Source: Kineococcus radiotolerans SRS30216 = ATCC BAA-149
GTDB lineage: Bacteria > Actinomycetota > Actinomycetes > Actinomycetales > Kineococcaceae
Direction: 5' to 3'
Assembly (NCBI RefSeq): GCF_000017305.1
Contig: NC_009664.2
Location: 2,040,001-2,072,000, forward strand
Length of the DNA stretch: 32,000 bases
In this document: positions 16,568-23,254 of the stretch, piece by piece
How positions within the stretch are numbered: position 1 is the first letter of the stretch
How the letters are laid out: every line of letters starts with the position of its first letter
Position numbers and translations under genes: made by a program
Notes under the pieces: generated by a model
Seen by the model: only the letters and a program-made list of their open reading frames with translations
The model's database searches: none
Told to the model about the DNA's origin: nothing

Positions 16568-17182
16568 ATGGGGGTCATGTCCGACTCCAGCCCCGGGTTC
16601 CCCCGTCCAGCCGCCGACGGGGACCCGACACCGCCCGACGCCCCCCGCGAGACCGCCGACGGGCCCGAACCGCGCGTCGTCGTCGTGACCCCCCAGGGCA
16701 TGGGCATCGCCGAACCGCCCGAGGACGGTGGGCCCGGCCCGGCCGACATGGTGTCCCAGCCCGCGAAGGTCATGCGCATCGGCAGCATGGTCAAGCAGCT
16801 GCTGGAGGAGGTCCGCTCGGCCCCGCTGGACGAGGCGGGCCGCAGCCGCCTCGCCGAGATCCACGGCCGCTCCATCGACGAGCTCGAGGACGGCCTGGCC
16901 CCGGAGCTGGTCGAGGAGCTGCGCCGCATCGCCCTGCCGTTCGCGGAGGGCTCGGCGCCCTCGGAGAGCGAGCTGCGCATCGCCCAGGCCCAGCTCGTGG
17001 GCTGGCTGGAGGGCCTCTTCCACGGCATCCAGACGGCGCTGGTCGCCCAGCAGATGGCCGCGCAGGCCCAGCTGCAGGAGATGCGGCGGGCGCTGCCGGG
17101 CGGTCCCCCCTCCCCCGCGGGTCCCCCGCGCGGGGACGGGATGCCGCGCGTGCAGCCGCCGGGGACGGGGCAGTACCTCTGA
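16568..17182 (+). CDS. bpa: Bacterial proteasome activator Bpa/PafE family
   Basis: 204 aa. Disordered Pro-rich N-terminus, a helical core (...MVKQLLEEVRSAPLDEAGRSRLAEIH...) and a C-terminus ending ...PPGTGQYL* (the GQYL proteasome-docking motif). It starts 7 bp after the PAP2 stop; an alternative ATG is at 16577. Confidence 0.8.
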   Translation: MGVMSDSSPGFPRPAADGDPTPPDAPRETADGPEPRVVVVTPQGMGIAEPPEDGGPGPADMVSQPAKVMRIGSMVKQLLEEVRSAPLDEAGRSRLAEIHGRSIDELEDGLAPELVEELRRIALPFAEGSAPSESELRIAQAQLVGWLEGLFHGIQTALVAQQMAAQAQLQEMRRALPGGPPSPAGPPRGDGMPRVQPPGTGQYL

Positions 17183-17250
17183 AGCTCGCGTTCTGGCGCC
17201 GCGACCCGGACCCCCTCGGCGAGGGGGTCTGGCAGCGTGCCGAGCACTCC

Positions 17251-17601
17251 GTGGACCGGGCGGTGCGCCGGGTCGAGCAGGTCGTCGACGGCACCCCGCC
17301 CGGTCCGGCCCGCGACGCCCTGGAGCAGTTCCTGCCGCGCGTCGACCTCGTCGCCCGCGCCGCGCGGGCCCGCTGCCTGCAGGCGCAGCGCGACGCGCCG
17401 AGCTCGGAGCTGCTGGTGCCCGGCGGCCCGGACGGCGAGCACCCCGAGATCCACCGCTCGATCACCCGCACGGCGACGGCGTGCGCGCAGGTCGCGGAGG
17501 CGGCGGCGATGGTGCGGGTGGCGGGGACGGCCGACCCGGCCCGGCTGGCCGCGGTGGAGCGCGCCGTGGTGAAGGCGGAGACGCTGGCCGGTCTGCGCTG
17601 A
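17251..17601 (+). CDS. Hypothetical helical protein (N-terminus probably longer)
   Basis: 116 aa from the GTG at 17251, with high GC3. The in-frame 24 codons upstream (17179-17250) also show coding-type periodicity (23/24 GC at position 3, 12/24 at position 2) but contain no ATG/GTG/TTG. Confidence 0.6.
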   Translation: MDRAVRRVEQVVDGTPPGPARDALEQFLPRVDLVARAARARCLQAQRDAPSSELLVPGGPDGEHPEIHRSITRTATACAQVAEAAAMVRVAGTADPARLAAVERAVVKAETLAGLR

Positions 17602-17715
17602 GGCGGGGCCCGCGAGGGGTTGTGTCGGGAGGCGGTGGCACGGTGTGCTCATCCCCGTTCGCCGGGTGACCGGCTCGGGGAAAGTGACCCACCGAACGAC
17701 TCAGGGGGACGTCTC

Positions 17716-18714
17716 GTGCACATCGACAACGCTCGTGAACTCAAGGCCCGGCTGCGCGCGGGCGCGGTGCAGGCGGCGGCGGTCCCGCCCGCCGGCGCGG
17801 CCGGCACGACCGGGGTCGCCAGCGTCGGCATCAGCGTCCTCGGCCGCGGCGGCGACGGGCCCCGCTACGGGCTCGCCGTGCGCTACTCCGGCAGCCGCGG
17901 CGAGGCGCTGGCCGGGCAGGCCCGCGAGCTGACCGCGGGCGCGGCCGAGACCGAGGTCGACATCCGCGAGATCGGTCTCGTCCAGGCCCTCACCGCCCCC
18001 GTCGAACCGGGCACCTGGTCGCCGGAGGCCCTGCAGCGCAAGGTCCGCCCCCTGCACCCGGGGCTGTCCATCGCCCAGCGCGACGTGACCGCGGGGACCC
18101 TCGGCGGGTTCGTCACCGTGGAGGGCTCCGACGGCCTGTACGCCCTGTCCAACAACCACGTCCTCGCCAACTCCGACCTCGCCGCCCTCGACGACCCCGT
18201 CCTGCAGCCCGGCCCGCACGACGGCGGCCGGGCCGGGGACCAGGTGGGCCGGCTGGCCCGCGCCGTCCACCTCGACGCCGGCGGGGGGAACGCCGTGGAC
18301 GCGGCCATCGCCCTGCTCGAAGGGGTCCAGGACGCCTCCGGCGTGGACCTGACGTACCCGGTGGGCCGGCTCACCGGCTGGACCGAGCCCGACGACGAGG
18401 TCGACGTGGAGAAGGTCGGGCGCACCACCGGCTGGACGAAGGGCCGGATCAGCGCCATCGAGCTCGACGACGTCGCCGTCCAGTACCCGGTGGGGGTGGT
18501 GAGCTTCGACGGCCAGATCGAGGTCACCGGCGCCGGCGGGGCGTTCTCCGCCGGCGGCGACTCCGGTTCGCTGGTCTACCGTCCCGACACCCGCCAGGCC
18601 GTGGGGCTGCTGTTCGCGGGCAGCGAGCGCGGCGGGGAGAACGGGACGGGGCTCACGTTCTGCAACCCGATCGGCCTTGTGCTCAACGCCCTCGGTGCGA
18701 CACTGGTGGTGTGA
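17716..18714 (+). CDS. Chymotrypsin-fold (S1) serine protease, no signal peptide
   Basis: 332 aa from the GTG at 17716 (AGGGGGA 6 nt upstream). Catalytic triad context: ...YALSNNHVLAN (His), ...NAVDAAIALLE (Asp), ...FSAGGDSGSLVY (Ser). There is a ~95-aa N-terminal extra domain and no hydrophobic leader. Confidence 0.8.
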   Translation: MHIDNARELKARLRAGAVQAAAVPPAGAAGTTGVASVGISVLGRGGDGPRYGLAVRYSGSRGEALAGQARELTAGAAETEVDIREIGLVQALTAPVEPGTWSPEALQRKVRPLHPGLSIAQRDVTAGTLGGFVTVEGSDGLYALSNNHVLANSDLAALDDPVLQPGPHDGGRAGDQVGRLARAVHLDAGGGNAVDAAIALLEGVQDASGVDLTYPVGRLTGWTEPDDEVDVEKVGRTTGWTKGRISAIELDDVAVQYPVGVVSFDGQIEVTGAGGAFSAGGDSGSLVYRPDTRQAVGLLFAGSERGGENGTGLTFCNPIGLVLNALGATLVV

Positions 18715-18980
18715 GCCAGCTTCCCCTTGGCACATCAGGTTCAGGCACGGGTCCGGGCAGGGACGCCGCTCGCGCGGCCAAGGTCCACGTCCAGGACCTC
18801 GTCGGCGGCGACCCGCGCGTCAACGGCGTGGGCCTCACCCACGCCGGTGAGGCCTGGGCGGTGAAGGTCAACGTCGTCGACGACCAGGACTACCCGGAGC
18901 TGCCCGACGACGTCGACGGCGTCCCCGTCCTGGTCCGCGGCGTCGGCGGCATCCGGGCCCTGGGCCTCAGCGCCGGCTGA
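18711..18980 (+). CDS. Small protein resembling the N-terminal domain of the adjacent protease
   Basis: 89 aa. The GTG overlaps the protease stop (GTGA, 18711-18714). High GC3. By-eye similarity to protease residues ~5-95: VNGVGLT / VASVGIS, WAVKVNV / YGLAVRY, PVLVRGVGGIRAL / EVDIREIGLVQAL. Confidence 0.55.
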   Translation: MSQLPLGTSGSGTGPGRDAARAAKVHVQDLVGGDPRVNGVGLTHAGEAWAVKVNVVDDQDYPELPDDVDGVPVLVRGVGGIRALGLSAG

Positions 18981-19839
18981 GGAGCCGTTCGAGCACCTGC
19001 GCGACGCCGTCGTCCCCGCAGTCGGGGGCGACGGCGTCCGCGGCCTCGCGCGCCGCGGGGTGCCCGTCGGCCATGGCGTAGGAGCGGCCCGCCCAGCGCA
19101 GCATCTCCAGGTCGTTGGGCATGTCCCCGAAGGCCACGACCCCCGCCGCCCCGACCCCGCGGTCCCCGGCGACCTCGGCCAGGGTGGAGGCCTTGCTGAC
19201 GCCCGCGGCCATGATCTCGATGAGGGAGTCGGCGGCGTTGGAGTGCGTCACGTTGACCAGGTCCCCCATCTCGCGCGCGGCGATCGCGACCATCTCGTCG
19301 CTGAGGGTCCCCGGGCACTTGGCCAGGACCTTCACCACCGGCGGCGCGTCGAGGAGCAGCTCCTCGAAGGGCGCGACGCGCTGCTCCAGCCCGCCGTCGA
19401 AGCGGGTGGCGTAGGCGGCCTCGCGGCGGAACCCGACGACGGCCTCCAGGGCGAACCCGATGCCCGGCATGGCCGGGCGCAGCCGCGCGGCGACCTCGCG
19501 CAGGACCTCCACCGGGATGGCGTGCTGGCGCACGACCTCGCCGGCGTCGAGGTCGAAGACGACGGCGCCGTTGGCGCAGACGACCTGCCCGCGCAGCCCC
19601 GCCTCCTCGGCCAGCGGCGTCACCCAGCGCGGCGGGCGCCCGGTGACGGGCACCACCGGGATGCCGGCGCGCTCGCAGGCGGCGAAGGCGGCCAGGGTGC
19701 GGGCGCTGACGGGGCGCTCGCGCGGGATGACGGTGCCGTCGAGGTCGGTGGCGACCAGACCCCAGCCGCGGGCGAACTCCCGTTCCGCCGCCTCCGTCGC
19801 GTCGTCGAGGGTGGCGGTGCGGGGTTCCTCGAGGCTCAC
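18967..19839 (-). CDS. Cof-type HAD-IIB phosphatase
   Basis: 290 aa from the GTG at 19839. Motif I LVATDLDGTVI and motif IV AFGDMPNDLEMLRWAG. It overlaps the convergent small gene by 14 bp. Confidence 0.85.
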   Translation of the reverse strand: MSLEEPRTATLDDATEAAEREFARGWGLVATDLDGTVIPRERPVSARTLAAFAACERAGIPVVPVTGRPPRWVTPLAEEAGLRGQVVCANGAVVFDLDAGEVVRQHAIPVEVLREVAARLRPAMPGIGFALEAVVGFRREAAYATRFDGGLEQRVAPFEELLLDAPPVVKVLAKCPGTLSDEMVAIAAREMGDLVNVTHSNAADSLIEIMAAGVSKASTLAEVAGDRGVGAAGVVAFGDMPNDLEMLRWAGRSYAMADGHPAAREAADAVAPDCGDDGVAQVLERLLSRR

Positions 19840-19882
19840 CCGGGCATCCTGCCACCCGCCCGCCGCCCGTGCCCGCGCCGCG

Positions 19883-19935
19883 GGTCGCGGGCGGGGGTCG
19901 CGGGCGGGGGTCGCGGGCGGGGTCAGGGGCGGGGG
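19883..19935. repeat. 13-bp G-rich tandem repeat (GGTCGCGGGCGGG x3 perfect + 1 degenerate)
   Basis: Perfect copies lie at 19883-19895, 19896-19908 and 19909-19921, with a degenerate copy to ~19935. The three perfect copies lie in the gap between the stop of the 98-aa ORF (19923) and the HAD start (19839); the degenerate fourth copy overlaps that stop codon and the last codons of the ORF. The plus strand has runs of GGG/GGGGG. Confidence 0.85.
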
Positions 19936-20219
19936 TCGACGCGTTCCCACCGCCGCCCGCCGCGGCGGCCGCCGGTGGCGGCCACGCACTTCGGGCACGT
20001 CCAGCGGACGGCGTCGGCGCTGCCCCCGGTGAGGGGGTCGACGTCGGCGAAGTCCACGTGGGGGAACCGGGCCAGGCCCGCGCGCCGCAGCGGCACCCCG
20101 CACAGCGTCGAGTTCTGCCCGGGCTGCCAGGCGTGGACCTCCCCCGACGGCGCCCGGCTGCCCTCGTCCGGGTACCACGTCCCGCTCGCCGCGACCTTCA
20201 CCACGCCTCCTCCGACCAC
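19923..20219 (-). CDS. Hypothetical small protein with C...CPKC (possible zinc-ribbon-like)
   Basis: 98-aa ORF with high GC3 throughout. Contains ...NSTLCGVPL... and ...RWTCPKCVAA.... The more likely start is the GTG at 20204 or 20201, next to a GGAGG. Confidence 0.5.
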   Translation of the reverse strand: MVGGGVVKVAASGTWYPDEGSRAPSGEVHAWQPGQNSTLCGVPLRRAGLARFPHVDFADVDPLTGGSADAVRWTCPKCVAATGGRRGGRRWERVDPRP

Positions 20220-20328
20220 GGGCCCCGCCCGCTCCGGTGGCCGTGGGCTCGACCGACGGTCCGAGGCTACGCGCGCGGGGGCCGACGGCGACCCGGGCGA
20301 CCGGGTGCGGGCCCGGCCGCCCCGCGGT

Positions 20329-20721
20329 TCACACCGGCAGGGGCGTGGCGGCCGGGACGTCCTCGACGCGGTGGTAGACGGGCAGCCCGCGCCGCTGGGC
20401 GATGGCCACGTCCTGGTCGGCCCCGCGCGAGGCGCCGGGCAGGCGGAGCACGGCGTCGCAGTGCTCGAGCAGGCGCTGCGCGGTCGGGTACATGACCTGC
20501 TCGGCGAGCGGGTGGGCGGGCCCGTCGCCCCCGGCCCCGCGCAGCACCGGCAGGGCGATCCACTCCCCGATGACGGGCACGTGGCCGCGGGCGAAGACCG
20601 GCCAGGCGGCCTCCTCCAGCCGCCGCAGGTTGGCGGCCAGCAGGTCGGGGTCGTCGCCGGTGCCGGAGCGGTAGGGGCCGGCGATGAGGATGAGCAGCGG
20701 TCTCGCCGCGGTGGTGGTCAT
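20329..20721 (-). CDS. Nucleoside 2-deoxyribosyltransferase-like (DUF4406-type) small protein
   Basis: 130 aa from the ATG at 20721. PLLILIAGPYRSGTGDDP... and ...CDAVLRLPGASRGADQDVAIAQRRGLPVY resemble the NDT/DUF4406 fold pattern (N-terminal hhhAGP and C-terminal S-x-G-x-x-x-E/D...A). This is a by-eye assignment only. Confidence 0.45.
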   Translation of the reverse strand: MTTTAARPLLILIAGPYRSGTGDDPDLLAANLRRLEEAAWPVFARGHVPVIGEWIALPVLRGAGGDGPAHPLAEQVMYPTAQRLLEHCDAVLRLPGASRGADQDVAIAQRRGLPVYHRVEDVPAATPLPV

Positions 20722-20727
20722 GCCGCT

Positions 20728-20757
20728 ACCGTAGACGATAACGTGCAAGAACGTGAA
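20728..20757 (-). promoter_or_regulatory. Candidate leaderless promoter for the NDT-like gene
   Basis: Minus strand reads TTCACG-18 nt-TACGGT-6 nt-ATG(20721). It lies in an unusually AT-rich island. No SD precedes the ATG. Confidence 0.3.
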
Positions 20758-20855
20758 GGAGTTTGAGAGAACGGGAAGGAGCGTGCGTGCTGGGGCGCGA
20801 CGCCACGACCTGTTCCGCATCGACGGCCGCCCGGTCGCCGACGCGGGCGGGCCCG

Positions 20856-21539
20856 TCACCGGCCGGGGACGTCCTTGCGCAGCTCCCACAGCCCGTAGCG
20901 CACGACGTAGGAGTACTCCTCGTGCCGCCAGGCCGGGACGAACCGGTACGACCACGGCGACAGGCCCGCCGCCGTGACCGCGGCCAGCTGCGCGGTGGCG
21001 TCGTAGGCGTGCATGTCGACCCCCGGCAGGCCCTCCGCGGAGAACGCGCGCCGGGAGGGGCCCGGCGCCGGCGCGGTACGGTCCTCCACGACCCCCACCA
21101 GCAGCCGCGCCCCCGGCGCGCACGCCTCGGCGAGGTGGCCCAGGGTCGCGGTGAGGTCGCGGCAGAACTCCAGGCAGCCCACGGCGACGACCACGTCGAA
21201 GCGTCCCCAGGCGCCCGGCAGCGGGTCGTGGAAGTCGTGCCGCTCGTAGCGGCCCCCCGGCCGGGCGGCGCCGGCGACCTGCAGCATCCGCGGCGAGAGG
21301 TCGACGCCGGTGACGGCGACGTCCGGGGCGAGGTCCGCGGTGAGCTGCCCCGGCCCGCACCCGACGTCGAGCACCCGGCACTCCGGGGTCACGCTGCGCA
21401 GCAGGAAGTCCGCGACGAGGGGGCCGTAGTGCTCCAGCGAGCGCCACCCGGGGACGTAGTGCGGGGCGAAGTCGTCGTAGTAGAGCTCGATGGCCCCGGT
21501 CTCGGGGCCCGCCGCGGGGGTTCTCGGGTCGTCGTGCAC
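20856..21539 (-). CDS. Class I SAM-dependent methyltransferase
   Basis: 227 aa. Motif I RVLDVGCGPGQLT, then VTGVDLSPRML and DVVVAVGCLEF. Confidence 0.85.
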   Translation of the reverse strand: MHDDPRTPAAGPETGAIELYYDDFAPHYVPGWRSLEHYGPLVADFLLRSVTPECRVLDVGCGPGQLTADLAPDVAVTGVDLSPRMLQVAGAARPGGRYERHDFHDPLPGAWGRFDVVVAVGCLEFCRDLTATLGHLAEACAPGARLLVGVVEDRTAPAPGPSRRAFSAEGLPGVDMHAYDATAQLAAVTAAGLSPWSYRFVPAWRHEEYSYVVRYGLWELRKDVPGR

Positions 21540-21747
21540 GCGTCAGCCGCTCCCAGGTGTTCGCTCGCCGCGCCGGGGTGCGGCGGGCTCGGGCCGGACC
21601 CGCCCGTCGAGGTTAGCCGCCGCGGGGCACCCCGGCGGGCCGGGCGGGGACCGGCGCGACCGGACGCGGGCCCGGCGGCGGGTTTCGGTCCCGCCGGACG
21701 GGGCAGGGTCCTGGGAGAACCCTTCACCGAGCACCCCGGGAGTCCCC

Positions 21748-22335
21748 GTGAGCACGAACGACGACAGCAACACCCTCACCCAGGCCGTCCACGACCTCGC
21801 CTCCGCCCTCTGGTTCGGCGGCAACCTCATGGGGGTGGCCGGGGTCAACAAGTCCGGCTCCGACCTCAGCGTCGGCAAGGACCGCATCGCCGTCGCGGCC
21901 TCGGCCTGGCACCGGTTCTCCCCCGTGCAGTGGGGCAGCATCGCCACCGTCCTGGTCACCGGCACCCTGCTCACCAAGTCCAGCAGCCAGCGCCTGGCCC
22001 TGCAGGAGGGCTACGCCCGCACCGGCGCCATCAAGGTCGGCTTCGTGCTGGCCGGGGCGGCGGCGACGGCCTACGCCAGCTACTGCGGCCACGAGATCGC
22101 CCGCGCGGCCGAGGCCGCTGAGCGCCGCGGCGAGCCGGTCTCGGTGAAGGACGCCACCACCCCCACCCAGAACACCCCGCACGACCTCGCGGCCTGGCAG
22201 CGCCGGCAGCGGGTCGCGCAGGTCCTCGTGCCCCTGCTGGCCGGGGGGAACATCGCCTGCAACGCCGCCCTCGTGCAGTCCTACCGGGCCGGCGCGACCG
22301 CGAAGGGCGTCCTGGGGCGCCTGCACCTGCGCTGA
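21748..22335 (+). CDS. Hypothetical membrane protein (about 4 TM)
   Basis: 195 aa from the GTG at 21748 (GGGAG 5 nt upstream). Hydrophobic segments: LASALWFGGNLMGVAGV, WGSIATVLVTGTLL, IKVGFVLAGAAATAYASY, VLVPLLAGGNIACNAAL. I recognise no family. Confidence 0.55.
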   Translation: MSTNDDSNTLTQAVHDLASALWFGGNLMGVAGVNKSGSDLSVGKDRIAVAASAWHRFSPVQWGSIATVLVTGTLLTKSSSQRLALQEGYARTGAIKVGFVLAGAAATAYASYCGHEIARAAEAAERRGEPVSVKDATTPTQNTPHDLAAWQRRQRVAQVLVPLLAGGNIACNAALVQSYRAGATAKGVLGRLHLR

Positions 22336-22357
22336 CCACCCCGGGGGCCCGGCGGCG

Positions 22358-23182
22358 TCACGCCGCCGGGAACCCCGAGGCGAGCAGGTCCTCCAGCACG
22401 AGCGCCAGCCCGTCCTCGTCCACGTGCGCGGTGACGGCGTCGGCGGCCTCGCGCACCTCGGCCGGGGCGTTGCCCATGGCGACGCCCCGGGCGGCCCAGC
22501 GCAGCATCTCGACGTCGTTGCGCCCGTCGCCGACGGCCAGGGTGGCGCGGCGCGCGACGTCGAGGCGCACCCGGACCTCCTCCAGCGCGCTGGCCTTGGT
22601 CACCCCGTCGGGAGCCAGGTCCAGCCAGGCGGTCCAGCCGACGGAGTACGCGACCCCGTGCAGCCCGACCCGCTCGACGAGGCGGGAGAACTCCGCGGAG
22701 GAGTGCTCGGGGCTGCGCACGACGACCCGCATCACCGGCTCGGCGAACAGCTCCTCGAAGGGCACGACCTCCAGCTCGCCGGTGAGTTCCCCGTCGGGGA
22801 AGGGGGCGGTCACCTTGAACCCGCGGCCGAGGACCTCGACGGCGAACAACCCCGTCGGCAGGTGCTCGTACAGCTCCCCGGCCACCGCGGACGGGTCGAA
22901 GGTGTGCAGGGAGACGACCCGGTAGCCCGCGGGTTCGGCCGGGTCCAGCTCGACGGTCACGGCCCCGTTGGAGCACACCGCGAACCCGTGGTGCAGCCCC
23001 AGGCGCTGCAGCACCGGCACCGTCCCGTGCAGCGAGCGGCCGGTGGCGACGACGACGTGCGCGCCACCCGCCGCGACCCCCTGCACCGCCTCGCGGACCC
23101 GGTCGGACATCTTCTCGTCCAGGTCGACGACGGTCCCGTCGATGTCGAGCGCCACCATCACGCCGTCCAGACCTCTGCTCAC
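22358..23182 (-). CDS. Cof-type HAD-IIB phosphatase (paralog of 18967-19839)
   Basis: 274 aa. Motif I MVALDIDGTVV and motif IV AVGDGRNDVEMLRWAA. The C-terminal ~50 aa align by eye with the other HAD gene. It lies immediately downstream of serS. Confidence 0.85.
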   Translation of the reverse strand: MSRGLDGVMVALDIDGTVVDLDEKMSDRVREAVQGVAAGGAHVVVATGRSLHGTVPVLQRLGLHHGFAVCSNGAVTVELDPAEPAGYRVVSLHTFDPSAVAGELYEHLPTGLFAVEVLGRGFKVTAPFPDGELTGELEVVPFEELFAEPVMRVVVRSPEHSSAEFSRLVERVGLHGVAYSVGWTAWLDLAPDGVTKASALEEVRVRLDVARRATLAVGDGRNDVEMLRWAARGVAMGNAPAEVREAADAVTAHVDEDGLALVLEDLLASGFPAA

Positions 23183-23254
23183 GCAGCCACTCTAGGCGCC
23201 GGCGCCGTCCGCGCCGCCCGCGCCGCCCGACGGCGGGACGGCGGCGCGGGGACC

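Noticed and set aside
15655-17652. 665-aa minus-strand ORF across the PAP2/bpa region
   Set aside because: It is antisense to three plus-strand genes with clear motifs (PAP2 motifs, GQYL terminus). It has no motif of its own and a low-complexity composition.
19883-19935. Tandem repeats (here, at 28192-28245 and at 4843-4878) considered as a CRISPR array
   Set aside because: The units are 9-13 bp and directly abutting with no spacers. Two of the three are in-frame coding repeats. No cas genes are present.
20753-20977. 74-aa plus-strand ORF preceded by GAAGGAG strings in the AT-rich island
   Set aside because: A strong-looking SD (GGGAAGGAG) precedes a GTG at 20783, but spaced only 1 nt from it. 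Two-thirds of the ORF is antisense to the 3' end of the methyltransferase gene and has poor GC3 there. The GAAGGAG strings are better explained as part of the minus-strand promoter region.
23183-23254. GC-rich inverted-repeat tangle between serS and the downstream HAD gene, considered as a terminator
   Set aside because: I could find only imperfect or bulged pairings (CGCGCCGCC...GGCGGCGCG with inner CCGCC/GGCGG). There is no U-tract, and the 72-bp gap is equally compatible with co-transcription.
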